Below, in pieces: positions 41,837 through 55,496 of a stretch of DNA of 64,000 nt. The notes below the pieces were generated by a model, which saw only the letters and a list, made by a program, of their open reading frames with translations, was not told the origin of the DNA and made no database searches. The DNA comes from Octopus vulgaris (lineage: Eukaryota). The position numbers and the translations under genes were made by a program. The DNA lies in the NCBI GenBank assembly GCA_951406725.2, contig OX597826.1, forward strand, positions 48,422,001 to 48,486,000, read 5' to 3'. Position 1 is the stretch's first letter. Every line of letters begins with the position of its first letter.

Positions 41837-42093
41837 CATATATATTGTTGACCCTATAATAATTTATAAACTTTCAAGTGAATTTTTTTTAATTGAATCT
41901 TGAAATACATATATATGATAGCAATAACATATTGGGCTGAAAAACTAATTTCGATAGAAAAAGTTAAAAGCTACCCAAAGAATATATATACACATACATG
42001 CATATACATATAAGTAAGTGTATATGTGCATAATTAAATATATATATATATACATATATATTTCATGCATCTATCTTACTTATATATATATAT

Positions 42094-42139
<46 letters not shown>

Positions 42140-42547
42140 CTCTTACTCTTTTACTCTTTTACTTGTTTCAATCATTTGACTGCGGCCATGCTGGAGCACC
42201 ACCTTTTAGTCGAGCAAATCGACCCCGGGGCTTATTCTTTGTAAGCCCAGTACTTATTCTATCGGTCTCTTTTGCCGAACCGCTAAGTGACGGGGACGTA
42301 AACACACCAGCATCGGTTGTCAAGCAATGCTGGGAGGACAAACACAGACACACAAACACACACATACATATATATACATATATACGACAGGCTTCTTTCA
42401 GTTTCCGTCTACCAAATCCACTCACAAGGCATTGGTCGGGCCAGGGCTATAGCAGAAGACACTTGCCCAAGATGCCACGCAGTGGGACTGAACCCGGAAC
42501 CATGTGGTTGGTTAGCAAGCTACTTACCACACAGCCACTCCTGTACC
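42140..42547 (-). mobile_element. SINE family A, young full-length copy
   Basis: Near-consensus with CpGs retained. Confidence 0.9.
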
Positions 42548-42566
42548 TTATATATATATATATATA

Positions 42567-43045
42567 TCTCTTATTATAAAAGGCAGATTTTATCTGCCTC
42601 CCTTTGGGAGTTATACAAATCTACAATATAGGATTTCTTCAATTACAATTTACCTAGCATTTTTAAGAGTACAATGCATCGCGTCATGCCATCTAGTTTT
42701 TTAAATTTAAACTCCAATTAAGCAAAATTTACAGAAAACTCACATTCTGGTGTGTGTGTCAAATGCTTTTCTTAGTCTGGTTTACACCACATGCAAACGC
42801 ACACACACAGTGGGCAACGAATAAAATGAAAGTAATTCACTTACTGTAGTGAGTGATTCTTTCACTCTGCCTCCCACTTCCTCTTTCCACACATAGACAC
42901 GCAAATATATAAATAAAATTGTAAGCTAACGTGCGTGTGTGTGAGTGTGTGTGTGTGCGTGTGTGTGTGTGTGAGGGTGCGTGTGTGTGTGTGTGCGTGT
43001 GCATGAGTGTGTGACAGGAAAGTTTTTTACGACGAATATAACACC
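42567..43045 (+). mobile_element. Probable Helitron 5' fragment; second copy at 44534-~44793
   Basis: Starts a|TC..tattataaaaggcag. About 255 bp are nearly identical to 44534-44793. No 3' CTAG end seen. Confidence 0.55.
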
Positions 43046-43063
43046 TATATCCAAGTAGCAGAA

Positions 43064-43330
43064 AGATAAGACAGTAAGGTGTGATTTGAGGGAGATTTGG
43101 CTGCTATTTCTACCAGGTCTAGCTGCCATGTAGGAGTCTCCCTCATAGGCTCATACATACATATATACATAGATAAGACAGTAAGGTGTGATTTGGGGGA
43201 AATTTGGCTGCTATTTCTACCAGGTCTAGCTACCATGTAGAGGTCCCCCTCATTGGCTCATATATATATACATACATAAGACAGTAAGGTGTGATTTGAG
43301 GGAGATTTGGCTGCTGTTTCTACCAGGTCT
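43064..43330. repeat. ~107-bp tandem repeat, 2.5 units
   Basis: ataagacagtaaggtgtgatttgagggagatttggctgctatttctaccaggtct occurs three times. Confidence 0.9.
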
Positions 43331-43695
43331 GTTAGGCCTTCTCATGTAAACTCAAGCTTTCTCATGCCTTGAACATAAGACCAAAGCAGAGAATGTATTC
43401 TTTTATTCTTCTGCTTTTTCCAGCCATTGGTCTGTGGCCATGCTGGGGCAATGCCTTGAAGAATTGTAGTTTAATGAATCAACTCCAGTTTTATTTTTGT
43501 AAGCATTGTACTTATTCTATCTGTTTCCTTTGTCAAACCACTAGGTGACAGGGATGTAAACAAACCAACATTCGTTGTCAAGCAGTGGTGGAGGACAATC
43601 ACAAGCACAGACACGCACACACACACACACATACATGCATACACATATACACACATACATACATACATATATATATATATGTGTGTATATATATA

Positions 43696-43954
43696 TTGCA
43701 GCGTGGAAGGTGTTTGTAAGCCATTTAAGAAACACACAAAAACCGTTACATTCACTTCAACATTTAAATTTAATTTGCCAAAATATTTTCGTCGCTTTCA
43801 GACCGCGACCTGTTCACTGACAAAAATATCATGCTAACAGGTCGCGGTCTCAAAGCGACGAAAATATTTTGACAAATTAAATTTAAATGTTGAAGTGAAT
43901 CTAACGGTTTTTGTGTGTTTCTTAAATGGCTTATAAACACCTTCAACGCTGCAA
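43696..43954. repeat. Fold-back palindrome (119 bp arms, 21-nt spacer); cassette continues to ~44018 between (TA)n tracts
   Basis: ttgcagcgtggaaggtgtt...gaccgcgacctgtt / aacaggtcgcggtc...aacaccttcaacgctgcaa. Confidence 0.95.
43774..43824 (-). ncRNA. Type I hammerhead with variant core GUGAACA (G3:C8 swap)
   Basis: Minus strand: tttgtca GTGAACA g gtcgc-ggtctgaaa-gcgac GAA AATATT T tggcaaa. 7-bp stem I, 5-bp stem II, palindromic stem III. Confidence 0.7.
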
Positions 43955-44030
43955 CTGTTTTCGTTCCAGCACACGATCTCAGATCAAGTCACTTGCTATG
44001 CAAGTACATCTCTGTAACTATATATATATT

Positions 44031-44061
<31 letters not shown>

Positions 44062-44124
44062 TGGTAAAAACAGTAAGATAACAAAAGAAAGAAAGGGACC
44101 TCAATATTATGTAAATAGAGGAAA

Positions 44125-44519
44125 TCTTTATATATAAAAGTGAGGTTGTGTGTCTGTCTCCTACGATTTAGATTCCTAACTACTCCCACATTTTGCGGTG
44201 CAGTTTAACCAAAACCGGGTGTCTTATAGTCGTGATTGATATCGAGACCGTCTGGGTATTAGCGCGCGTCTACGATGAGTCTACGATTTAAAAACAAATT
44301 TACCATCAATTTTTCCCATTTTTAATCCATTTTTGATATATATAAGGGAAGTAACTCTCTAAAATTTATTATTAAATCTCAGAACGTAAAAAGCTACAGT
44401 AACACCCCTCTCCCTTTGTGGTTAGCCATATTGAGATGGCTATTATACTTTACATCTCTAAAAATGCATATATAATTATTTCCCTTACAAACCCGAGCAA
44501 CGCCGGGCGATACTGCTAG
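44125..44519 (+). mobile_element. Non-autonomous Helitron
   Basis: A|TC 5' end, 3' hairpin cccgagcaacgccggg followed by CTAG|T. Homologous to 46041-46678. Confidence 0.88.
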
Positions 44520-45006
44520 TATATATATATATATCTTATTATAAAAGGCAGATTTTATCTGCCTCCCTTTGGGAGTTATACAAATCTACAATATAGGATT
44601 TCTTCAATTACAATTTACCTAGCATTTTTAAGAGTACAATGCATCGCGTCATGCCAGGTCCAGTTTTTTTAAATTTAAACTCCAATTAAGCAAAATTTAC
44701 AGAAAACTCACATTCTGGTGTGTGTGTCAAATGCTTTTCTTAGTCTGGTTTACACCACACGCAAACGCACACACACAGTGTGCAACGAATAAAGTGAAAC
44801 TAGATGTAATATTTGTTTCTGTCTATCACGCTGATAGATACATGAGTAAAATGTATGGGAAGCTAACACATAAGAGTGAGTGAAAATGTTCTTGGAAGAG
44901 AGTAAATAGCCAGAGAGAGTGATTTGAGGAAGACTTTACATTAAATAACCGTAGTGGCTTGTGTTAATAATAAAGTAAACATACACTCATACATACATAC
45001 ATACAT

Positions 45007-45057
<51 letters not shown>

Positions 45058-45435
45058 TACATACACACACACATACATACATACACACATGCATACATAC
45101 ATACATATACATACATACATACATACATATACATACATACATACATACACACACACACATACACACACACACAGTATTGAAGCTTGAGAACAATCAGATA
45201 CATTTGCAACACATCTGTTGAAAATATTATTGTTCACACACATACATATACATATATACATACAGACAGACAGACAGATAGACACACACACACGCACACA
45301 CATGATCCAGCATGGCCACAACCTCAAGGCTGAAACATATAAAAGAATAACAGAATATAAATGTGTGCATGTGTGTGAGAGAGAGAGTGTGTGTGTATAT
45401 GTATGTACGTATGTATGTATATATATATATAATAA

Positions 45436-46020
45436 TGCCGTTTTTTCAACAGCTTGAACTAAAAGTCAGAGGGGAATGGGATAAACTACTTATATTAAAT
45501 TGCTATAAAAGCAGGTAGTAATTTTATCTTGTCCTTATTCATAGTGCAAGTTTTGAAGAGTGCATTTCGATTTTAACAGCTATTTTTTTCAAAGCTATAT
45601 TGGAAGTAACAAAGGAGCATATTTGGCATATTTTGCTTTATGAGTTCAATAAAGACAACAACGCAACGGAAAGTACAAGAAATATTAATGCAGTATATGG
45701 GGATTGGACAATAAGCGTAAGGCAGTGTCAATGGTGGTTCCAGAAATTCCGAGCCATAAACTACAGCCTAGAAGACGAGTCTCATCCTGAAAGATCTGTA
45801 GAACTCGACAAGGACATCCTGAAAACCCTGTTGGAACAAAATCTCATCGTAACTGTTGAGGAACTAGCAGAGAAGCTTGGATTTGGTCATTCAACCATTC
45901 ATTGAGACCTGTGTGCTATCGGAAAAGTCAGCAAATTGGGTCAATGGGTTCCTCACGAACTTTCCGAGTCTAATTGCATGCAGAGAGTGAATGTATGCTT
46001 TTCTTTGCTGTCACATCTCA
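45436..46020 (+). pseudogene. Mariner transposon 5' fragment with the transposase N-terminal HTH region (~45600-46020)
   Basis: EHIWHILLYEFNKDNNATESTRNINAVYGDWTISVRQCQWWFQKFR...TVEELAEKLGFGHSTIH*...IGKVSKLGQWVPHEL (WVPHEL motif). Truncated before the catalytic domain. Confidence 0.85.
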
Positions 46021-46040
46021 CCACTACTGCGCTATGTATG

Positions 46041-46677
46041 TCTATATATATAAAACTGTAGTTGTGTGAGTGTCTGTCCCCTTCGATTTAGATTCCTAAC
46101 TACTCCCACATTTTGCGGTGCAGTTTAACCAAATTCGGGTAGCTTATAGTTGTGATTCATATCGAGCCCGTCTGAGTATTAGCGCGCGTCTACGATGAGT
46201 CTACGATTTTAAAAATAATTTAACATCATTTTTTATTCCATTTTAATGCATAATTTTTCGTGTGTCGATGGCGGCGGAGTTGGCGTCCACGCTCACACCT
46301 GCACCTGTGGGGAAGGGAGTGTAAGGAAATCAACGTCGTAATGCATTGTCAAGGAGACCAGCGTTCTTTTAGAACAACGACTTCATGGCTTGAAGACACC
46401 AAAACAGAAATGGCTAAGAAAGCGTCTACAGGAGTCTACGATTTAAAAAAAAAATTTACCATCGTTTTTTTTCCATTTTAATGCATTTTTTCGCTATTAT
46501 ATAAGGGAAGTAACTCTTTAAAAATGTCTACGATGAGTCAACGATTTTCAAAAAAATTTACCATCATATTTTTTCCATTTTTAATGCATTTTTTGCTATT
46601 TTTTGGCTATAACTCTCTAAAAATGCTTATATAGTTATTTCCCTTACAAACCCGAGCAACGCCGGGCGATACTGCTA

Positions 46678-46678
<1 letters not shown>
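46041..46678 (+). mobile_element. Non-autonomous Helitron with internal duplications
   Basis: TCtatatatataaaa 5' end and the same 3' hairpin plus CTAG|T. The gtctacgatgagtc...aaatttaccatc block is repeated three times. Confidence 0.88.
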
Positions 46679-46727
<49 letters not shown>

Positions 46728-46907
46728 TTGTATGTAATATATGGTATAATTATAAACAGGGCAAATTTTAACCATTTCTCTGAAGAAATGATGAACAACC
46801 TTAATCGATTTTTAAACCTTATTGTGTTCTCATGAGAGTCATCTATCCATATACATATACACATCCACATGAATCTGCATGTAAATGTACACACACGTAC
46901 ATGTATG

Positions 46908-46944
<37 letters not shown>

Positions 46945-47172
46945 ATATAATATAATATAAATAATATATAAATATATTCATATATACATACATATGCGTA
47001 CATACCTACATATATATGTATATATACATGCATATATAGGTACAAGACATCAAAAAAAAAAACGTAGACAGAATAAGAAACAATAACAAAAAACAAAAAC
47101 ATAGAAAATGAACCTTTTTCAAACAACGAGAAAAACAAACAGAGAAATGGGACATGCAACATTAAGAGCATT

Positions 47173-47233
47173 CCCTTCATCAGTTGTCCTGTGTTTTATC
47201 TACTCTGCCTTTCGAAGGTAAGGACAAGACGTG
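47173..47233 (-). ncRNA. Candidate hammerhead with non-canonical strand order (copy 1; cassette 47038-47313)
   Basis: Minus strand: cacGTC ttgtcct tacc ttc GAA AGGCA [15 nt] aggacaa CTGATGA a ggg. Perfect 7-bp stem I; stem III decayed. Confidence 0.5.
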
Positions 47234-47326
47234 ACTTCATTAAAACAGTACAGTTCTTCTCACAAAGCAAGTTAAATAAAATTTGGGATTTTTTACGGAG
47301 GGTGAAAGTGGTAATATATATATATA

Positions 47327-47430
<104 letters not shown>

Positions 47431-47583
47431 TAGATATGTGGCACTTTGGGTAGGTGTCTTCCACTATAGCCCCGAGCCGACCAGAGCTTTGTGATTGAAT
47501 TCGGTAGGTGGAAGTTACTGCCGTGTGTGTATGTGTGCGTATAGCTGCTCAGTGCCTCTCCGAAAGAGAGAGAGAGGGATATG

Positions 47584-47618
<35 letters not shown>

Positions 47619-47649
47619 TTATATATATATATATATGTGTGTATTTATA

Positions 47650-47690
<41 letters not shown>

Positions 47691-48946
47691 TCATATTCAT
47701 GTGTATTTGTGTGTGTGTGTGTGTGTCTGTGTGTCTGTGTGTGAGTAGATAAGCATATATGCAACCTGTACTTATATATCAATTTTTAAATATCTATTTA
47801 TTTTCTCCAGTCTCACTCCCTCTTTTCCCATCCCCCCCCCTTTGTATTGAGTGTGTGTTGATGATGAGTTTCAATGATGTTAGCTGTCTAAACGAAATGA
47901 TAATGTCTCAGTATCTTTTCCTTCTCTCCTAGACACAACAACAACGCAATTTTTCAATTGGCTGTTTGAGTGATGCATATATTTAAGATAGTAATGGCGT
48001 TTGTCTAGGCTTCACTAGTAATTATATTATATCTGCTGACATGCAAAAAAAAAAAAAAACAAGAGCCAAAAAACATATTTCAAAAATTATAAAATAAAAC
48101 AGCTAAATAAAAAAAAAACACAGAAAGGATATAACACACATATACACACATACACACATATATACATACACACACACACACAAACACACAGACAGACACA
48201 CACACACATACACATATACACACACATACACTCATGCAAACAGATTTTTAGAACTTCTGGGGGTTTAAATTTTAAAATGATAACAATAATAAACAAATGA
48301 AAAAATTTGACAATTACAAATTTCAATTAAAATGGCTGCTTTGCTGATGAAAATATCTGATTGCTTTCTAAAATGTGAAGATAAAAAAATTGCGCATTTT
48401 TTTGGTGTATTTTTCATTTTTTATACATTTTCTTGGGGGAGGGTCACTTATTGTTATTGTTATTGTTTAAAAAAAAAAAACCGGAAAACTTTGAAATAAA
48501 AGATAGAATAAATGTTTTCTTGTGTTAGTATTTTTTTTCTTGGGGAGGTCTCCATTTTTTTTATCTTCATTTTTATTCCTTTATTTATTTGTGTGTGCAT
48601 TGTTTTCCCTGCCTGCTTTTCCCTTCGGCCTTGGGAAGTGAGTTGATGATTTTGTTCCAACGAAATCGTAATAATTGCTGTTGATTTTAGAAATTAATGA
48701 GCAGAAAATTTACTGTCATATTCAAAACATTCCTTATGATAACATGCGTAAAGCAGACTATTAACTCATCGTTTGTCTCTGTCTATTATGATCATGTTTT
48801 CTTTTTATATTCATATATTCTCTGATCAGTGGCATGTTCCATATTTCTACCTATACCTGTAAAATAGCTTACTTTGTAATCTATTGAGTTGTAAGTGACA
48901 ATAAAAGACCATGTTTTATTAAGTTTGCTAGTGTTGTTAATGTTCT

Positions 48947-49922
48947 TTTCTACTCTAGGCACAAGGCCCAAAATCTTTGGAGAGGGGGCCAGTCGATTAC
49001 ATCGACCCCAGTATGCAACTGGTACTTAATTTATCGACCCCGAAAGGATGAAAGGCAAAGTCGACCCCGGCAGAATTTGAACACAGAACATAGAGAAACA
49101 AAATACCGCTAAGCATTTCACCCGGTGTGCTAAAGTTTCTTATTTCTTTATTGCCCACAAGAGGCTAAACATAGAGGGGACATACAAGGACAGACAAAGG
49201 GATTAAGTCGATTACATCAACCCCAGTGCGTAACTGGTACTTAATTTATCGACCCCCAAAAGGATGAAAGGCAAAGTCGACCCTGGCAAAATTTGAACTC
49301 AGAACATAGACAGACGAAATACTGCTAAGCATTTCACCTAGTGTGCTAACGTTTCTGCCAGCTCACCACCTTAGTGTTGTTAGTGTTGTTTAGCTCAAGA
49401 GCAATACTGCTGAAATAAACATACAGTTAAGAGTATTCCAGCTATGACCATTCCATCAAGTAAGACTTAATATTTTGCAAGATATTAAGGCTGTGAGCTG
49501 ACAGAACTGTCAGCTTGTCAGACATAACGCTTAGCAGCATTATGTTCTAAATTCAAATTCCATACAAGATGACTTTGGTTTTCATTCTTTCAGGGATTAA
49601 TAAAATAAGTACCAGTTGAACACTGGGGGTCAATGTAATCACCTTAACCCCTCACTGAAACTTGCTGCTTCGTGCTAAAATTTGAAACCGATATTTTTAC
49701 AAGATATTAAGGTGGCGAGTTGGAAGAACCATTAGCACACCGGGCAAAATGCTTAGCAGTATTTTGTCTGTCTTTACTCTCTGAGTTCAAATTCCACCAA
49801 GGATGACTTTGTCTTTCATCTTTTCAGAATCAATAAAATAAGTACCAGTTAAGTACTGGGGTTGAAGTAATTGACTTAACCCGCCATTGGAATTGCTGGC
49901 CTTGAGCCAAAATTTTGAACCA
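48947..49922. mobile_element. Cluster of four SINE B copies: two on minus (48947-49372) head-to-head with two on plus (49487-49692, 49708-49922)
   Basis: Homology to the family B consensus in both orientations. Confidence 0.85.
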
Positions 49923-50344
49923 AAATTTCACAGTGGCTGTGTGGTAAGTAGCTTGCTTACTAATCACATGGTTCCAGGTTCAGTCCCACTGCATAGCACC
50001 TGGGGCAAGTGTCTTCTACTATAGCCTCAGGCTGACCAAAGCCTTGTGAGTGGATTTAGTAGATGGAATCTGAAAGAAGCTCGTCATACATATGTATATG
50101 TATATGTATGTGCATATGTATATGCTTGTGTGTCTGTGTTTGTCCCCCCAACATCGTTTGACAACCGATAGAATAAGTACTAGGCTTACAAAGAATAAGT
50201 CCTAGGGTCGATTTGCTTGACTAAAGATGGTGCTCCAGCATGGCCACAGTCAAATGGCTGAAACAAGCAAAAGAGTAAAAGAGTAAAAGAGAGGTATAAT
50301 ACACATAAAAATCGCATATGATTTGATACTTGCTGCTGGTAGCA

Positions 50345-50560
50345 AGATGAACTGAGACAATGTAGAATGTTGGTGTGTCAAAGTCAACATTTCCAGATGA
50401 TCTATTACTGACAGACAGGTGAGTTGAGACAATGTAGAATGCTGGTCTATCACAGGTAACATCCTCAGATGATCTGGTACCTACCACCAAGAGATATCAT
50501 AGGTGAACTGGGGCAATGTAGAATGTTAGAATATAACCAGCAACATTTCAAAATGATCTC
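50345..50560. repeat. Degenerate ~72-85 bp tandem repeat, three units
   Basis: tgaactgagacaatgtagaatgttgg...caacatttccagatgatct recurs three times. Confidence 0.7.
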
Positions 50561-51077
50561 ATATTTAACACATATTTAACAACATGTGTACGTATTCACA
50601 GAGTGCGTTTGTGCATGCATTTATGTGTATAGACCGATATTCTTCAGTCCATGTTCATTTATCAGCCAGAGGAAATGAACTACATTATCTGGAGATATCA
50701 GCTCAAGACAAAATGGCAGACAAAGCAGAATGGATAAGGCAAAAGAACTGCTTTTTATCTAGTGAGTCTTATCAAACAAGAATTACATAATGATCTGTAA
50801 GAACCCATTCTGGTTTCTTAGAACTTTCTTAAACATTTTGTTGTATGTCTTTTTTTTCTTACTCTGATGTTTATAATTTATCCTGTCCTATTCTGCTGTG
50901 TTGTGTCTACAAAACCTTTAAAATTTGTTACAATTTCAGTCTCCTTTGTTTTTAACTTATTGTCATATATTTTTCTTTTATAAACAACTATGTAATGATA
51001 AGGATACAATCTATAAAACAGTAATAGATACAAAGTTACATATAAATATACATATATATACAATATATATATATAGA

Positions 51078-51113
<36 letters not shown>

Positions 51114-51733
51114 CATATATATACACATATATATACATATATACATACAAACATATATATATATATGCATACATATATACATACACATGTGAACATACAC
51201 GTACATGCATGTGTATGCACACACACAAATATATATATATATATATATATACAGATGTGTGTATGTGTATGTATGTATGTATGTATGTATGTATGTATGT
51301 ATGTATATATGTATGTATCTATATATACATGTAAATATAAAGTCAGAAAATACCTGCTTCTGCTCCCTTGCCATGTTATACTGTTGCATTGTTCTATTTT
51401 CCTTATTTTATTTTCTCTTGATTTTCTGATTTTTCACAGATTTGATAGCTTTGTTTGTATTTAGGAATGTGTGCTAATATCTTTTTACTTGCTACTGTGC
51501 TCAGAAATAAATTCTTGCTAAGTGACACAAAGTCAATATAAACAGAATTTCGACAAGAAAATTAACAATATAAATAAGTAAATAGCAAAATAAATAAATT
51601 AAAGCATACAAAATTTATTTCAATGTAATAAGTACAGCAGGGAAGAATAGAGAATGGCTTTGTACAACTGAAATTAAACAAAACCTCATAGGTTTTGGTT
51701 GTATGAGTGGATTTCAAGAGGTATGTATGTATG

Positions 51734-51859
<126 letters not shown>

Positions 51860-51973
51860 CATACATAGATACATACACATTTATATATACATGCATATAT
51901 ATATATAAATAAACACCTACAAATATATATGCATATATGTACATATATATATATATTTATATATATACATATA

Positions 51974-52019
<46 letters not shown>

Positions 52020-52212
52020 TAGATAGACAGATAGAGAGATAGATAGATAGATAGATAGATACATACATACATACATACATGCCAGTGTTTATGTATGTGT
52101 GTTTGTGAGTGCAAACATGCACATACAAACACATAAATAAATGAAATCGCATTTTGCACGTTTTGTTATTTAGAATCTGTATATTCATATAAATATTTGC
52201 ATGCATACATTC

Positions 52213-52245
<33 letters not shown>

Positions 52246-52379
52246 CATACATACATACATACATACATACATACATACATACATACATACATACATACAT
52301 ACATACATACATACATACATACATACATGCATACATACATACAATATATCAATTCTGAAACAATGAGTGTAATAACTCA

Positions 52380-54130
52380 TTTAGAATTAGAAGATTGAGT
52401 GCAAATCCATATGTTACATTTAAAAATCATAAAGCCCCATCTGCTAACAGCCCTGTAACTAGACTCATTAATGCCACTAAAACTGACAGAGATATAATGA
52501 GCAAATACATCCTTAAATTTTCCTTAAAAGCCAAGATAGCATCACGTTTACCTCTGTGAAATAATTTAAATTCAGGTATTACAGTTGTTTCATTCACTAC
52601 CAAATCCTGAAACTGTAATATTACAAGAGGAATGAACTACATTATCTGGAGATATCAGCTCAAAACAAAATTGCAGACAAAGGAGAATACTCTTATTTAA
52701 AACAGAACTAAGACATTAATTACTTAATGAAAGTGACTTACTGTTGTGGAGTACATCTAACAAGTGATCCAAAGGCACAGTTGTGGACATAAGTATCATC
52801 AATATAAATTAGCATTGTGAGTCTGTCTTACTATATTTATATAATCTCTTATTATATCATTATATCATTTATAATATTTTGGTTCATCAAAATTTTGTAA
52901 TTTTGCAAAGAACTTCTCATTATTACTTATGAAATTATCATCATTATGAAAGTAAGGAATCACTCATTCACAGCAACAGTATATGTGCATAAAAGAAACT
53001 ACCCACTAATATTTTTATATGATCAAATTATTAGGATGGCCAAAATATGAAATATTATGAAATTATATATTCTAAAACATTTACATACCAAACTTCTATA
53101 TATCCTCAGTTTTCTTTTCAAAGTCTCTAGCCTACTGACACTAAAAAATACCAATAAACAATGATCTGAGAAATTTAGTAAAATAGTCCATCATGTTTTT
53201 GAAGAATTTACCTCAAAATTTACAATCAAATCTATTTGTAAGATAACCACTTCTTGTGAAGTAACTTCCAGCTTAGGTAATTCACAATTCTTCTAACCCA
53301 GAAAGTTTAATGAATCACTACACTAAATACAGACTCTGCAATGACCCAACAATATTTTAAGCAATTTGGTTTAAAATATTTCTTTTCTGATTCTTGTTTG
53401 TTTTCTGATGGAGCAGCAATCCCTGCTGATTCTGAATACTGAAATGTCATATTACAATGTTGCATATTTACCAACATAGATACTTAATGACAATTCACGA
53501 ACCTATAGAAATAAAAAATGAAATCCTCCTCAAAACAAGAATGTGTCACTACATTTGAAGATAAAATGTTTTAAAACAACTCCAAGAAACATTTCCCCTT
53601 TATCACAAGTATAACAGAATTTTTAATGAAATTAAACATAAAAAATCCTAATCTACACACTCTCAATTTTGGATATTTGGTGAGTGAATATGAACTGAAT
53701 AATTCTATATGATTCCCTTTCTATGCAATATTCACCATCTTGCAATTGTTCACATATGAATGAATGCTGAATCAAATGGATATGCACATCTAAAGGAATA
53801 CTGTGTCTATATCATACATTAAATTAACTGCTTTTTTAAAACAGTGTACATTCAGCATAAACACGTATTTCACAATCATTTTAGAAATATTCATGTAAGT
53901 TTAACCTGATATATCCAGTGTTGTAAAATTAAGGGTTTAAAATAAACATTCAAAAACAACTCGATTCTTTTTTGAAGCTGTGTAACCAATCAGGCAGGTG
54001 TTTTTCTCTCTACCTCTCTAAATCATATGAATTACTGCTTTCAAATTTTTCAAATTTTTAATCAAAGTTCTAAGTTTACAACAAACAGTCATTGAAAATA
54101 TGAATGCTATTATCATATCAAAAGCACTAA
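52380..54130 (+). pseudogene. Heavily decayed Penelope-like retroelement ORF (RT to GIY-YIG)
   Basis: PYVTFKNHK (52407) and RLINATKTDRDIMSKYILK match ITLKDHK...RLINP.K...G.ISK.IL. AKI*NIMKLYIL (~53040) resembles GAE+C+L+GLYIL. YIKLT/FKTVYIQHK (~53815) resembles the GIY-YIG segment. Confidence 0.6.
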
Positions 54131-54521
54131 GCATATAATATTGCTTTTTTTTTTTGTTCCACAACAACTATTGTTGTGTCTCCTCCCAAATACTTATACA
54201 AATAATTCAACTCTATATATTAGCTTTAATAAACTTAATTTTAATTTTTTGTTAATTTTCTTTAAATTTTTAACATAATAATATAATATAATAATGTAAA
54301 AACTCAGACACCTAAGAAGTCGAATCCTTTATGATAGTGACTTATCTTGGTAATTATATCTTACATCCAACTCAACACTACAGAATATTTCAGCATTGTG
54401 AATCTCCCTTGCTATGTTTTATATATTCATTTAATCATATATGATTGTATGTTTTAAAATTTGGGTTGTATCAGTAGCACCAAGAGTACAAGTGGTCTTC
54501 AGATATTTATATGAGTATACT

Positions 54522-54690
<169 letters not shown>

Positions 54691-54736
54691 GTATATATGT
54701 ATATATATATGTATATATATATGTATATATAAATAT

Positions 54737-54773
<37 letters not shown>

Positions 54774-55452
54774 CAGGTGCACACACATACATACATACAC
54801 AATATGGAATTATATAGATATATTTGTTTAAGTGTATACATGCATGAAATTTGTTGGAATATTTGTATATGTGTGTGTGTGTGTGTGTGTATGCATATAT
54901 TTGCATGTGTCTGTATGTGGATGCATGTGTAGTTGTATGAATGCCTGAATGTATGTATGTCTACACTTGCATGCATGTGTTTGTGTAGTTAGCGTTTTTA
55001 TCTATGTTTAGCTAAAAGAAGAAAAAGAAGAAAAAAAACCCACTTTTTTCTTCTTTTTTTTTTCTGAATCTATAACCAACAGCAATTCACTCTATGAACA
55101 AATATCTGTGTTTATATGTCAGCAAAATGCATATGAATGTATGTTTATAGCAAGAATTTTACTAATCTCTTAACTTGCTTTTCACTTACATCTGCATATC
55201 AATTAAAATTTGTTCAACAGAATAGCTTTACAAGTGTGTCTGCTGTGTTTGGCTTTGTTCTCTCTATGTGAATATACTACACACATGCATGAATATGCAT
55301 AGAGTTTGCCATTCATACATGTTGAATAGGCAACATATGTCTTATCAAAATTTGGGTCATTAATTAAGACAAACTCTGTATTAACCAGATTTGTCATTCC
55401 CAAGTCAGGCCTTAAAAATGTTACAAAATAAATCATATAAAAAAAAATTACA

Positions 55453-55496
<44 letters not shown>

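Noticed and set aside
46790-46850. CTGAAGA in a TA-flanked segment
   Set aside because: No stem II or GAAA at a compatible position.
54290-54500. SECIS-like element after the PLE ORF
   Set aside because: Could not build the required AUGA/GA quartet and helices by eye.
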